From Octopus sinensis (Eukaryota): a DNA stretch of 64,000 nucleotides. Where the stretch lies: NCBI RefSeq assembly GCF_006345805.1, contig NW_021832858.1, positions 31,614-95,613 on the forward strand. The letters run 5' to 3'. The stretch's first letter is position 1. Every line of letters begins with the position of its first letter. Made by a program: the position numbers and the translations under genes. Positions 25,407 to 38,403 of this stretch are shown here, piece after piece. The notes below the pieces were generated by a model that saw only the letters and a program-made list of their open reading frames with translations, did no database searches and was not told the origin of the DNA.

Positions 25407-25895
25407 TCTAGTTGTGTGAGTGTCTGTCCCCTTCGATTTAGATTCCTAACTCCTCCCACATTTTGCGGTGCAATTTAACCAAATTCGGGTATCTTATAGT
25501 CGTGATTCATATCGAGCCCGTCTGACTATTAGCGCGCGTCAACGATGAGTCTACGATTTTAAAAATAATTTAACATCATTTTTTATTCCATTTTAATGCA
25601 TAAAATGCATCGTGTGTCGATGGCGGCGGAGTTGGCGTCCACGCCACAGCTGCACCTGTTTGCTTCACCCCCTTCCCTCCCTCGTGAAGCTGTGGGGAAG
25701 GGAGTGTAAAGAAATCAACGTCGTAATGCGTTGTGAAGGAGACCAGCGTTCTTTTAGAACAACGACTTCATGGCTTGAAGACACCAAAACAAAAATGGCT
25801 AAGAAAGCCCGAATTTATAAGGGAAGTAACTCTCTAAAAATGCTTATATAGTTATTTCCCTTACAAACCCGAGCAACGCCGGGCGATACTGCTAG
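25400..25895 (+). mobile_element. Non-autonomous Helitron (different body, same 3' terminus)
   Basis: Ends cccgagcaacgccgggcgatactgCTAG|T; the 5' end is lost in a (TA)n run. Confidence 0.75.
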
Positions 25896-26218
25896 TATAT
25901 ATATATATATGGAGGCGCAATGGCCCAGTGGTTAGGACAGCGGACTCGCGGTCGTAGGATCGAGGTTTCGATTCCCAGACCAGGCGTTGTGAGTGTTTAT
26001 TGAGCGAAAACACATAAAAGCTCCACGAGGCTCCGGCAGGGGGTGGTGGCGATCCCTGCTGTGATCTTTCGCCACAGCTTTCTCTCACTCTTTCTTCTGT
26101 TGGCCTGCTCGCTTAGCCAGCGGGGTGGCGTTATTTGAAGGCTAAAACAATGCGAAGCACATTGTGACCAGCGATGTGTAGCAACATCTGATGTTCTGGT
26201 CGGACATGTGATCATGTG

Positions 26219-26277
<59 letters not shown>

Positions 26278-27196
26278 AAACTGTAGGTTGGTTAAAGTAA
26301 GTTTGTGATATATTTCAACTTCTATAAGCAAATTCCCTGCAGCTATCATGAAGAAAAAATTTTTCTCTCACGGTAAAAAGGTGCAGAAACACCATACCTG
26401 TTCAGTGTTCTTCCACTACTGTAAATTTGGCTTCAGAAGTTGAAATGTATCACAGGCATTTTAATTAACCTGTAGTTTGCTTTTACCTAAACGCTGCTTG
26501 GCACTGATACTGACATATAACGCACATTGTAATAACAATAGCGGCTGTGTGGTAAGTAGCTTGCTTACCAACCACATGGTTCCGGGTTGAGTCCCACTGC
26601 GTGGCACCCTGGGCAAGTGTCTTCTACTATAGCCTCGGGCCGACCAAAGCCTTGTGAGTGGATTTGGTAGACGGAAACTGAAAGAAGCCCATCTATATTA
26701 CATACATATATATATATATATTATATATATATAATATATATATATATATATACACATCATATATATATGATGTATGATGTATATGTGTGTTTATGTGTCT
26801 GTACCTCACCATTGTTTGACAACTGATGCTGGTGTGTTTACGTCCCCATAACATAGAGGTTCAGTAAAAGAGACCGATAGATTAATAGGCTTACAAGGAA
26901 TAAGTCCTGGGGTTGATTTGTTTGACTCAAGGCGGTGTTCCAGCATGGCCGCAGTTAAATGACTGAAACAAGTAAAAAGCAAAATAGAATATATATATAT
27001 ATATTGACTGGCCTGGTGCAGCCTTCGGGCTCCCCAGACCCCAGTTGAACCGTCCAACCCATGCTAGCATGGAAAGCGGACGTTAAATGATGATGATGAT
27101 GATGATAGTTGAAATTTACTGAAAAACAAAAGTCAAAGACAGGTGTATAAACAACAAACAGGTGTACTAGTTTGACGCTCGGGAAAGTGAGAAAGT

Positions 27197-27232
27197 CTTT
27201 TACATTTCGAGCCTATGCTCTTCATCAGAAAG
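27197..27232 (-). ncRNA. Minimal hammerhead motif (H3-related)
   Basis: CTTT CTGATGA A GAGC-atag-GCTC GAAA TG T A AAAG; intact core, stem III palindrome ACGT decayed to ATGT. Decayed relatives lie at 1735-1770 (-) and 28836-28870 (+), and a half-site near 52575 (-). Confidence 0.72.
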
Positions 27233-27377
27233 GAATAAGAGAAAATATACAGAGAATAAAAAAAAAACTTGTGGAGTTAGCAATCAAGTATATTTATTGT
27301 TGTTACTATGACTATAGATGATGATGATGATGACTTTTATAATTCACTTTTGTTGTTGTTCTTGTTTCCGTTGCCAG

Positions 27378-27474
27378 GAAGAAATTCACAGTGATGCCAT
27401 AGAACGTGTGAATTTGGACTCCAAGACTGCTTACAAAAGGTTCAAAGGGACAGTCCTTGATGCTTCCAATGCTG
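27378..27474 (+). CDS. DCTN2: DCTN2 exon 3
   Basis: ttgccag|GAA...G|gtaggt; EEIHSDAIERVNLDSKTAYKRFKGTVLDASNA; 97 nt, phase 0-1. Confidence 0.93.
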
Positions 27475-27737
27475 GTAGGTATTGCTGTAGTTGTCGTTAC
27501 CTTTTCACTGTCTGTAATGTCATCATCATCATCATCGTTAACATCATCATCACCCCAACCACCATAACCATTATCACCCCCACTGTATGCATATACCAGA
27601 GCATATCGTTGTCAACATCACAACTGCCACCAACATCACCATTATCATAATCATCATCTTCATCTCCTCTCCTCCTCTCCCTTCACCCCACCTCCACCCC
27701 ATCTCCCGAAGTTGTTCCATAAATAGTTTCCTCTCAG

Positions 27738-27805
27738 ATTTTTCAGGAAGAATCCAGAAGCAGCGAAACACTGGTTATGATATCATTAAGAATGAATATG
27801 AAATG
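27738..27805 (+). CDS. DCTN2: DCTN2 exon 4
   Basis: ctctcag|AT...ATG|gtgagt; (D)FSGRIQKQRNTGYDIIKNEYEM, like the human DFSDRIGKTKRTGYE segment; 68 nt, phase 1-0. Confidence 0.94.
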
Positions 27806-28147
27806 GTGAGTGCTGATATCTCTCGCTCTCTCACACACATACACTATATATATATATATATATATATATAGATATATATATATATAGTCTGTTTCCTTGT
27901 TTTTTCGTTGTTAAAAAAAGTCCGTTTCCTTGTTTGATTTTATGTTTTCGTCTCTCGTTGTGTTCTACGTCTATTTGTGGTGTCCTGTACTCATATATAT
28001 ATATATATATATATATGCATGTATATATACATGTAGATGTAAGTATGTACATATATGTATGTATATATGCATGTATTTTATTTATTTATTATATTATTAT
28101 ATGACCAAACGCACGCGTTATTTCTCTTCTCCAAGTAAGTTTTTATT

Positions 28148-28188
<41 letters not shown>

Positions 28189-28971
28189 TAATAAATAAAA
28201 CATATGCATATATATATATATATATACATATATGTACGTACCTACCTCTACATGAATATATACACGCATATATGAGTACAGGACACCAAAAAAACGTCGA
28301 ACACAATGAGAAACGAAAACATAGACACAAACCCAAGGAACTGGACATTTTTCTTAAACAAAAAAAAAAAATAGAGTACAGGACAAATAACACAAGGAAA
28401 AAACCCCTCCTTCAGTCGCCATAAACGTGAGGTTGGTGAAAAGTTCTTGGCTTTGTGTAAAAGAAAATACAAGAAGATCAGTTAATTATGATTTTATTCA
28501 ACATAATCCCTTCTCAGATTCAGACATTTATTGCAGTGGTCCTTCAGTTTTCCTAAGCCCTGTAAAAGAACTTGGAAGGTTGTGTTTCCAACCAAGCCTT
28601 TCACAATACCCTTGAATACAAGAAATTTCCAGCAACCCTTGTAAATATATATATATATATATATATAATTTTAATCCAAACGGGAAAACAAAAAAACAAC
28701 AACACGTGGAACAATTACAGTATTATTATTAATAGGCGCTCAGGAAATATATATATATATATGTGATCTCTTAAGCACCACCAGCTCAAATATTGTCTCC
28801 TCTGTCTTCCCTCCTTGGGATCTTTCCTTCTCCTTGTTTCCGACAAAGAGCTCCGCTCGAAACATTAAACCCTCCTTCCTTTCTTTCCTGAGCGTCAATA
28901 ATACTTTAATTGTTCCACGTCCTGCATTGCTGTGTTTTTTTCTCTTTTTTTCTGTGTTTTCTTGTTTGGAT

Positions 28972-29018
<47 letters not shown>

Positions 29019-30439
29019 GCATATGTGATGAAAAGTTCCTTGTTTTGGGTAAAAGAAAAACAGGAGGAATCAGTTAATTATGATTTTATCCAACATATTC
29101 TCCTCTCAGATTCACAGACTTATTGCAGTGGCCCTTCAGTTTTTCTAAGCCCTGTACAAGAACTCGGAAATTTTGGGCCTCCTACCAGACCTTTCGCGAC
29201 CCCCTTAAAGCCAGAAATATTTCACCACCCTCTCGTGTGTTATTGACATACATATATATTTATATAACTATACATATATGTAAAACACTGTTGTATTGTA
29301 TACTAACTCATATATATATATATATTGGGTTGGTACGTAATTATTGCAGCTTTTTTCAAATTTTATTCAACAAAAACATCATCATCATCGTTTAAAGTCC
29401 ACTTTCCATGCTAGCATGGGTTGGACGATTTAACTGAGGTTTGGCAAACTAGATGGCTGCACCAGACTCCAATCTTGATCTGGCAGAGTTTCTACAGCTG
29501 GATGCCCTTCCTAACGCCAACCACTCCGAGAGTGTAGTGGGTGCTTTTACAATATTTAACAGTATTTAACAAAAACATCTTTAAATGTCGGTCTGACCGT
29601 CTGCCAAGCAAATGGGAAGCAGAAATTGAAGTGGATGGTGAATATGCTCCAGAATAATCATTTAAAGATGTTTTTGTTACATGTTGTCATTGCTTTTGTT
29701 GAATAAAATTTGTTGAAAAAAAGGCGAAATAATTATGCACCAACCGAATATATATATCCTTAAATCCTTAAAAATCCTTAAAAATGTTTTAGCCCAAAGG
29801 CCATGAAATTTTATTCAACAAAAACAATATTTAACAAAAACATCTTTAAATGTCAGTCTAACCGTCTGCCAAGCAAAGGGGAAGCAGAAATTGAAGTAGA
29901 TGGTGAATATGCTCCAGAATAATCATTTAAAGATGCTTTTGTTACATGTTTTTATTGTTTTTGTTGCATCAAATTTGTTGAAAAAAGCCGCAATAATTAT
30001 GCACCAACCCAATATCATCATCAACGTTTAATGTCCGCTTTCCATGCTAGCATGGGTTGGACGATTTGACTGAGGACTGGCGAACCAGATCGCTGCGCCA
30101 AGCTCCAATCTGATCTGGCAGAGTTTCTACAGCTGGATGCCCTTCCTAATGCCAACCACTCCGAGAGTGTAGTGGGTGTTTTTAAAGTGCCATTGGCACG
30201 AGGGCCAGTCTGGCGGTACTGGCAACGGCCACGCTCAAAAGGTGCTTTTTATGTGCCACCTGCACAGGAGTCAGTCCAGCAGCACTGGGAACGACCTCGC
30301 TCAAATGTTTTGTTGATGTGCCACTGGCACAAGTGCCAACGAAAATCATATATATTTGTAATGCATGTAAATATATTTTTAATGCTGGTGCCACATAAGA
30401 AGCATCCAGTTCAAACCGTTAAGTGGAAAGGCATTCAGC

Positions 30440-31240
30440 TGTAAAAACTGTTCCAAAGCTGACCTCACCTGTGCTGGACCCACGTTAAAAGCACTCAGCC
30501 CACTCTGCAGGATGGTTGGTGATAGGAGGAGCACCCAGCCATAAAAACTGTTCCAAAGCTGACCTCACCTGTGCTGGTCCCACGTTAAAAGCACTCAGCC
30601 CACTCTGCAGGATGGTGGTGATAGGAGAGCACCCAGCCATAAAAACTGTTCCAAAGCTGACCTCACCTGTGCTGGTCCCACGTTAAAAGCACTCAGCCCA
30701 CTCTGCAGGATGGTTGGTGATAGGAGGAGCACCCAGCCATAAAAACTGTTCCAAAGCTGACCTCACCTGTGCTGGTCCCACGTTAAAAGCACTCAGCCCA
30801 CTCTGCAGGATGGTTGGTGATAGGAGGAGCACCCAGCCATAAAAAATGTTCCAAAGCTGACCTCACCTGTGCTGGTCCCACGTTAAAAGCACTCAGCCCA
30901 CTCTGCAGGATGGTTGGTGATAGGAGGAGCACCCAGCCATAAAAACTTCCAAAGCTGACCTCACCTGTGCTGGTCCCACGTTAAAAGCACTCAGCCCACT
31001 CTGCAGGATGGTTGGTGATAGGAGGAGCACCCAGCCATAAAAACTGTTCCAAAGCTGACCTCACCTGTGCTGGTCCCACATTAAAAGCACTCAGCCCACT
31101 CTGCAGGATGGTTGGTGATAGGAGCACCCAGCCATAAAAACTGTTCCAAAGCTGACCTCACCTGTGCTGGTCCCACGTTAAAAGCACTCAGCCCACTCTG
31201 CAGGATGGTTGGTGATAGGAGGAGCACCCAGCCATAAAAG
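30440..31240. repeat. ~100-bp minisatellite, about 8 copies, in DCTN2 intron 4
   Basis: Unit ATAAAAACTGTTCCAAAGCTGACCTCACCTGTGCTGGTCCCACGTTAAAAGCACTCAGCCCACTCTGCAGGATGGTTGGTGATAGGAGGAGCACCCAGCC. Confidence 0.95.
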
Positions 31241-31784
31241 CTGTGCCAAAGCAGACACAGAAGTCTAGTGCAGTCTTCTCCCTGGCTGGCTCCTATCAAA
31301 CTATCCAACCCATGCCAGCATAGGAAATGGTTGTTAAACAATGGCACCTGTGCCGGTGGCATGTGTAAAAAGATGCGAGCGAGGTCATTGCTAGTACTGC
31401 CTGAGTGGTCCCCGTGCCGGTGGCATGTAAAAGCATCCACTACACTCTTGGATTGGTTGGCGTTAGGAAGGGCATCCAGCTGTAGAAACTCTGCCAGATC
31501 AAGATTGGAGCCTGGTGCAGCTATCTGGTCCACCAGCCCTCAATCAAAATCGTCCAACCCATGCTAGCATGGAAAGCGAACGTTAAACGATGATGATGAT
31601 GATAGTATGGGATATATTTTAATAACATACATTTCACTGTGTAAATGTCTATATACAAAAACTTGTGTATTTTATCTGTCTGAATAGATATGTTCATGTG
31701 CTCCCTTTCTTTCTCTCTCTCTCTCTCTCTCACTCACTTTCACTTTCTGACTGGCATAGCAGTAACTGTTGTGTTTTATTCCAG

Positions 31785-31883
31785 CTGGAAGAAGGTTCCG
31801 AGGGTAAAGAAACTCCTCAACAGAAGTACCAAAGACTTCAATATGAGATGAGGGAACTAACTGAAGAAGTGAATAAAGTGAAG
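31785..31883 (+). CDS. DCTN2: DCTN2 exon 5
   Basis: ttccag|CTG...AAG|gtatat; LEEGSEGKETPQQKYQRLQYEMRELTEEVNKVK contains the KETPQQKYQRL hallmark; 99 nt. Confidence 0.97.
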
Positions 31884-31896
31884 GTATATATTTTTA

Positions 31897-32296
31897 CTAG
31901 CAATATCGCCCGGCGTTGCTCGGGTTTGTTTCAACCCTTTAGAATTGGAATATTTGAAAAGTAAAAATTTTGCATTATGTAGCTTGTTATTCTCTTTAAG
32001 TGAACATTTTTCTGGTTGAAATACACCGAAAAATGACGACACAGCAGTAAAAAAATCATAAAAAATAAGGATTTTCATAGGAAAAAAGCACCTTTTTGAT
32101 GTAAATAATTTTTGGTGTTAACATGGTCCGATTTGAATTTTTTTTCTTCTACCGAAGGAAGAGCAAGCCTTCTTCTATCATACTGTCAATTTTGGTCAAC
32201 TTGCGCCGCAGGGTCTCGGAGGAGATAGTGTTAGTTGAAGGCTACCAAACCTGCCATACACAGACAGACAACTTCAGCTTTATATATATATAGAGA
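31897..32296 (-). mobile_element. Non-autonomous Helitron (same family as 4506-4899) in DCTN2 intron 5
   Basis: Reverse complement of the 4506 unit; A|TC...CTAG|T ends; the 3' end is 13 nt from the exon 5 donor. Confidence 0.88.
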
Positions 32297-32561
32297 TGTA
32301 TATTTTAAATTTTTATAATTTCACATTGTTTATTTGAAGGTCCATGGCTCAGTGGTTAGAGTGTCGAGCTTACGATTGTGTGGTTGTGAGTTCGAATCCC
32401 GGACCGGGCTGCATGTTGTGTTCTTGAGCAAGACACTTTATTTCACATTGCTCCAGTTCACTCAGCTGTAGAAATGAGTTGCAACATCACTGGTGCCAAG
32501 CTGTATCGGCCCTTTTGCCTTTCCCTTGGATACCATCAGTGGTGTGGAGAGGGGCGGCTGG

Positions 32562-32606
<45 letters not shown>

Positions 32607-32912
32607 TGTGTACAGTGCTCAGGTGCACTACAACTCATCTAAAGTGTATATATAATCAGGTGTAGTTTCGGCGGATTTTGGAAAGCATGAGGGCCTTAAA
32701 GGATGCAGTATGCATGGGCGACTGCTGGTCTTCCACATACAACTTTGACCAGACTTGTGCCTCGGAGGGGAACTGTCTAGGTACACTCCCATGATCATTC
32801 ATGATCAAAGACGGGGGTCTACACTCTTTTTTTTATGTTTTTTGTAGAGGAAGAGGAGAGATAAATACTGGCTGTTTATTTTATTTATTTGTTTGTCTCT
32901 GTGTGTTTTCAG

Positions 32913-33070
32913 GAATCGGTGAAGACCGATACCAACGAGAACCTCTCCCCCATCAACCTTGGCAAACAACTGGAATATCTGCATCATCAGTTGGCCGATC
33001 TGCATCTGGAGAAGTTGCTGGGACCAGAGGCTTCGGTGGATCTTTCTGACCCTCAAGGGGCTTTGAGAAA
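32913..33070 (+). CDS. DCTN2: DCTN2 exon 6
   Basis: ttttcag|GAA...AA|gtgagt; ESVKTDTNENLSPINLGKQLEYLHHQLADLHLEKLLGPEASVDLSDPQGALR(K); 158 nt, phase 0-2. Confidence 0.96.
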
Positions 33071-33162
33071 GTGAGTATTACGGGGGCAGAGAAGGCAAGG
33101 TGGGACTTGAGCGAATAAAAAGTGAGGAATGTGAGGACTAATTTCCTTCCCCTTTTGTGTCC

Positions 33163-33166
<4 letters not shown>

Positions 33167-33196
<30 letters not shown>

Positions 33197-33722
33197 AATT
33201 ATTGTATACAGTGCTCAGGTGCACCACAACTTGTCAGAAAGTGCGTATAAAGCATATGCAGTAATGTACAAATGTCTGGGAAGCGAACAATGTATGAGTC
33301 AGATACATGCTTGCGTGTGTATGGAGGGGAGAAAATCAGGTGTAGTGTTGGCGAATGTCAGGAAGCATGGAAGTTTTGAAGGATGCAGTGCTCCGACAAC
33401 TAACAACTGATGCCGGCAGTTTGTTCCATGCTTCAGCAACTCTTAGCGTGAAAAAATGTTTCCTAAAGTCATGGGAGCTGTGCTGTTTTCTGACTTCGTA
33501 AACATGTCCACGGGTGTTAGACAGGTGGAGTTTGAAAAGGTGCTCAAAGTTATTGTTTGTAAGATGGTTAATAATTTTATGGGTGTCTGCCAAGTCAGCT
33601 GCCAGACGTCGGAGTTTCAATGTGTCCATGCCCAGGGAATTAAGGCGTTCAGAATATGGCAAATGCCTGATGGAGGGTATTCTCTTGGTTGCACGTCGCT
33701 GAACAGCCCGGGTCAACCTTGA
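33167..33722 (-). mobile_element. 5'-truncated CR1-type LINE with (AAT)n tail
   Basis: VQRRATKRIP..LPYSERL..LRRL..DL..K..TRGH..RKHFFTLRVAEAWNKLP. Related 3' tails lie at about 32566-32707 and 11125-11195. Confidence 0.9.
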
Positions 33723-34842
33723 GCAAGTAAACTTATGGTCAGAAAAGTATCAGCCAGTTGTGACCACCTCTTCTTATTTTCAAATCACAGTGTAATTAGT
33801 TCTGTATTATCTTATGTATTTTTGTCTTCTTTTCTTTTCAGCCTTGAAAGGTTTTGTGAGACGTTGCCGGGAGCCCCGGGAAGACGTCTCTCTTGTAAAG
33901 GATCGCGTCCGTGGACTTGGCTTGTCCGGAGATACCGATATGGTGCCTGCAGAGCGCCACGTCTCGGGCAGCGTACGGTGCGCTCTCGGCGGCCCTGGAA
34001 AATCCGGGTCTGTTTAAACAGCGGTGCATCAGCATGGCCACAGCTCTGAGCTGAAACTAGAGAAGAAAAAAAACCCAATACTTACTTTTTAACATCTTTT
34101 ATTCTGTCATTTTTTTAATGCTGGACCCCTAAATTAAAGGAACGTAAACAAACCAGCAGCTATAATAGAAATGATTTTATCACTAGCAAGAAATCCCACC
34201 CTCCAGGAAGCTTTCTGCTGGTTACCTCTGCCTTAACGAAGGCGAAGGTATTGTCTCCAGTCATGTTTGTTTGTTTGTCCGTGGACAAGATATCTCAAGA
34301 ACCGCTGGATGGATTCGGATGAAACTTTCAGGGATGTTTGGCCTCGTGACTGGCACGAACTGATCTGATTTTGGGATCGATCCGGTACCGGACAAGGATT
34401 CTGGATTATTTTTCCTGTTTTTTTACTTAATTTTTGAGAGCAGTTGGGTTCATTTTTAGTATTCTCATTTCTGAGAGTAGTCGAGTTTATTTCAGATATT
34501 CTCATTTTAAAAATCATCTCTAGCTTCTCGTTAAGAGAACCTTGGTGTTACCTTGGCGGAGGATTACGCTCCCTGAGTGCTCTTGTTATTAATTATATCG
34601 TCCTATCTTTAATTAAAACTAAGTAAAAATTGTCGTATTCTTACTTCAGAATTTTTCTCTTCTTATTAATTGTCCTATTTTTAATTAAACAATTACATAT
34701 CTTATTCTTAATTAAGAATTAAATGCCTTACCCTTAATTGAACTCTCAAATCCATGTCTTTCCTCTATCTTAATTTAATCAATCTGAACTAATTACCAAA
34801 CTTAATTAACCAAGATTACTTACGGCTTTCTTTTCTCTCCAG

Positions 34843-35008
34843 ACGCTTACTTACACAGCTGGAAACTTACTCCCCTGCTTCCAAATCTGCAACTCCAAGT
34901 AAAGGTTCAAAAACTTCGGATAAAGCAAGCGAAGGCAAGGCATCAGACCATGTGACTTATGAACTCTACTATAGACCAGAACAAGCTCAGTTTAGTAAGA
35001 ATGCCAAG
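34843..35008 (+). CDS. DCTN2: DCTN2 exon 7
   Basis: ctctccag|A CGC...AAG|gtaggt; RLLTQLETY...HVTYELYYRPEQAQFSKNAK; 166 nt, phase 2-0. Confidence 0.96.
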
Positions 35009-35643
35009 GTAGGTGTATGTTTATGTGTGCTTTGTTTTTGTTGCTCTGAACTCTATAGAAAATCTGGAGTGGTAACTTAAGGTGTAGCTCTTTACTCTTT
35101 TACTCTTTTACTTGTTTCAGTCATTTGACTGTGGTCATGCTGGAGCACCGCTTTTAGTCGAGCAACTTGACCCCGGGACTTATTCTTTTTGTAAGCCCAG
35201 TACTTATTCTATCGGTCTCTTTTTGCCGAACCACTAAGTGACGGGGACGTAAACACACCAGCATCGGTTGTCAAGCAATGCTAGGGGGACAGACACACAA
35301 ACACACACACACACATACATATATATGCACATATACGACAGGCTTCTTTCAGTTTCCGTCTACCAAATCCACTCACAAGAGATTGGTCGGCCCGAAGTTA
35401 TAGCAGAAGACACTTGCCCAAGATGCCACACAGTGGGACTGAACCCGGAACCATGTGGTTGGTTAGCAAACTACTTACCACACAGCCACTCCTGCTGTGT
35501 GGTAATAAGCTTGCTTCCTAGCCACATGGTTCCAGGTTCAGTCCCACTGCGTGGCACCTTGGGCAAGTGTCTCCTGCTTTATCCTCAGGCCAACCAATGC
35601 CTTGTGAGTAGATTTGATAGATGGAAACTGAAAGAAGCCCATC

Positions 35644-35676
<33 letters not shown>

Positions 35677-35912
35677 ATCAAAAGGGTAATAATATAGATT
35701 ACTACCAGTGGCCCAGCACAAAGGACGAATTAGTCATTAGACAAAATATTATTCGTATAGAAAAATATTATTCATGTAGAAATATAATTAAGGGCTCCTA
35801 AATAAGGATGCCAAGTGCTAGGGACACAAAAAAGGGATAAATTTATCGAGAGTGAAAATCAAAAACATTTACCAATAACGATACATCCCAGACTGATATC
35901 AGTTTCTACCTC

Positions 35913-35943
<31 letters not shown>

Positions 35944-36528
35944 TAGGCGCAGGAGTGGCTGTGTGGTAAGTAGCTTGTTTACCAACCACATGATTCCGGG
36001 TTCAGTCCTACTGCGTGGCACCTTGGGCAAGTGTCTTCTACTATAGCCTCGGGCTGACCAAAGCCTTGTGAGTGGATTTGGTAGAGGGAAACTGAAAGAA
36101 GCCTGTCGTATATATGTATATATATATATATATATATATTTGTGTGTCTGTGTTTGTCCCCCTAGCATTGCTTGACAACTGATGCTGGTGTGTTTACGTC
36201 CCCGTCACTTAGCAGTTTGGCAAAAGAGACCGATAGAATAAGTACTAGGCTTACAATAGAATAAGTCCCAGGGTCGATTTGCTCGACTAAAGGCGTTGCT
36301 CCAGCATGGCCGCAGTCAAATGACTGAAACAAGTAAAAGAGTTAAAAGAGCATGTGTGTATCTGTTTGTTCCCCTGCTGTCTCTTGACAACTGATGCTGG
36401 TGTGTTTATATCCCTTAGCAGTTATTATCTATTTGTTGTTCAGTTGTCATTTCCAATTATTATAAACTTCGTTAAGCTTTAATGTCTAACGAAATAATTT
36501 ACCTTTTTTCCCTTTTTTTTTTTCGCAG

Positions 36529-36594
36529 TTGGCAAGCATTGAGGAAAGATTGGAGCGTCTTGAGGCTGTCATTGGACAGAATCCGCAGAAAATG
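36529..36594 (+). CDS. DCTN2: DCTN2 exon 8
   Basis: tttcgcag|TTG...ATG|gtaagt; LASIEERLERLEAVIGQNPQKM; 66 nt. Confidence 0.94.
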
Positions 36595-38133
36595 GTAAGT
36601 TTTATGCAAATGTATTCTGTTAAGGGGCAGATGGGACCATACCTAATATTTTGACAACTGCTTTTCTTTCTCCTTCATCATCATCGTTTAACGTCTGCTT
36701 TCCATGCTGGCATGGGTTGGACAATTTGACTGAGAGCTGGCAAACCAGATGTCTCCACCAGACTCCAATCTGATCTGGCAGAGTTTCTACAGTTGGATGC
36801 CCTTCCTAACGCCAACCACTCCAAGAGTGTAGCGGGTGATTTTTACGTGCCACCGGCATGAGGGCCAGTCAGGTGAATAACGAATTTACTGTGTGACTTT
36901 TCGTTGGAGTCGGTTATCGTCATCATTTTAACGTCCACTTGTCCATGCTTGCATGGGTTGGACATAACTTGTTGAGGCAGATTTTTGTACGGCCTGATGC
37001 CTATCCTTTTACCAACATTTCTCACCTGTTTCCAATCAAGGTAATATTTTCCCCATGGATCGTTACCAGCATCGCCTTACTGGCAGCTGTGCTGGTGGCA
37101 TGTGTAAAAAGATTCTAGCGAGGTCATTGCCAGTACCTATTTCTTTACTACCCACAAGGGACTAAACACAGAGGGGACAAACAAGGACAGACACGGATTA
37201 AGTCGATTACAACGAATCCAGTACGTAACTGGTACTTAATTTATCGACCCCGAAAGGATGAAAGGCAAAGTTGACCTCGGCGGTATTTGAACTCAGAATG
37301 TAACGGCAGACGAAATATGGCTACGAATTTCGCCCGGCGTGCTAACGTCTCTGCCAGCTCGCCGCCTTCATTGCTAGTACCACCTGACTGGCCCCTGTGC
37401 CGATGGAACGTAAAAGCACCCACTACACTCTCGGAGTGGTTGGCGTTAGGAAGGGCATCCAGCTGTAGAAACTCTGCCAGATCAAGATTGGAGCCTGGTG
37501 CAGCCATCTGGTTCGCCAGTCCTCGGTCAAATCGTCCAACCCGTGCTAGCATGGAAAGCAGACGTTAAACGATGATCAAAACTCAAAATCGAAATCGGTC
37601 AACATCAATGGAAATTATAGCTGTGATACCAGTGCCAGTGGCACGTAAGAGAACCATCCGAACGTGGCCGTTGCCAGCGCTGCCCCGAGTGGCCTCCGTG
37701 CCGGTGGCACGTAAAAAGTATCATCTGATCGTGGTCATTTGCCAGCCTCGTCTGGCACCTGTGCAGGTGGCACGTAAAAAAGCACCCACTACACTCACAG
37801 AGTGGTTGGCGTTAGGAAGGGCATCCAGCTGTAGAAACTCTGCTAGATCAGACTGGGCCTGGTGCAGCCTCCTGGCTTCCCAGACCCCAGTTGGACTATC
37901 CAACCCATGATGGATAGATACGTTTTTCACAGAGGACAGGAAAATGAACAATATCACTAGTATGATGATAATGATTTAGAACCATCACACATTGTCAGAA
38001 CAACACACATACACACACACAAGTTTCTTTTTGATGTACAAAAAAAAAGAAAGATGTAAATAATGAAAGCCACCTATTCCCATATCTTGTATTTCATCTT
38101 AGTAACTGTTTAATTTTCATTTGTTTCTTTCAG

Positions 38134-38172
38134 TCTGCTTTAACAGCCGAAGTTAGCAACAAAAGTCTTTTG
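38134..38172 (+). CDS. DCTN2: DCTN2 exon 9
   Basis: tttcag|TCT...TTG|gtaagt; SALTAEVSNKSLL; 39 nt, phase 0-0, fills the expected alignment gap. Confidence 0.88.
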
Positions 38173-38403
38173 GTAAGTTCCTTCCTTAAATCCTACCAAC
38201 CTGTCTTTCTCTCTTCTTCACTAGCTGTAGTCTCTCTAAACGCTAAACAAACACACATATCTCTGTATATATCTGTATACTAATCTCTGTCTCTCTCTCC
38301 CCATCCTTCACTAGCTGTAGTCTCTAAATGGCAAACAAACACACATATCTCTGTATATATATGTATACTAATCTCTGTTTCTCTCTCTCCCCATCCTTCA
38401 CAG

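Noticed and set aside
25908-25985. tRNA-like sequences (also 1-83, 32340-32410 and SINE A heads)
   Set aside because: They have A/B-box-like motifs but continue into SINE bodies and lack a complete cloverleaf; these are SINE heads, not tRNA genes.
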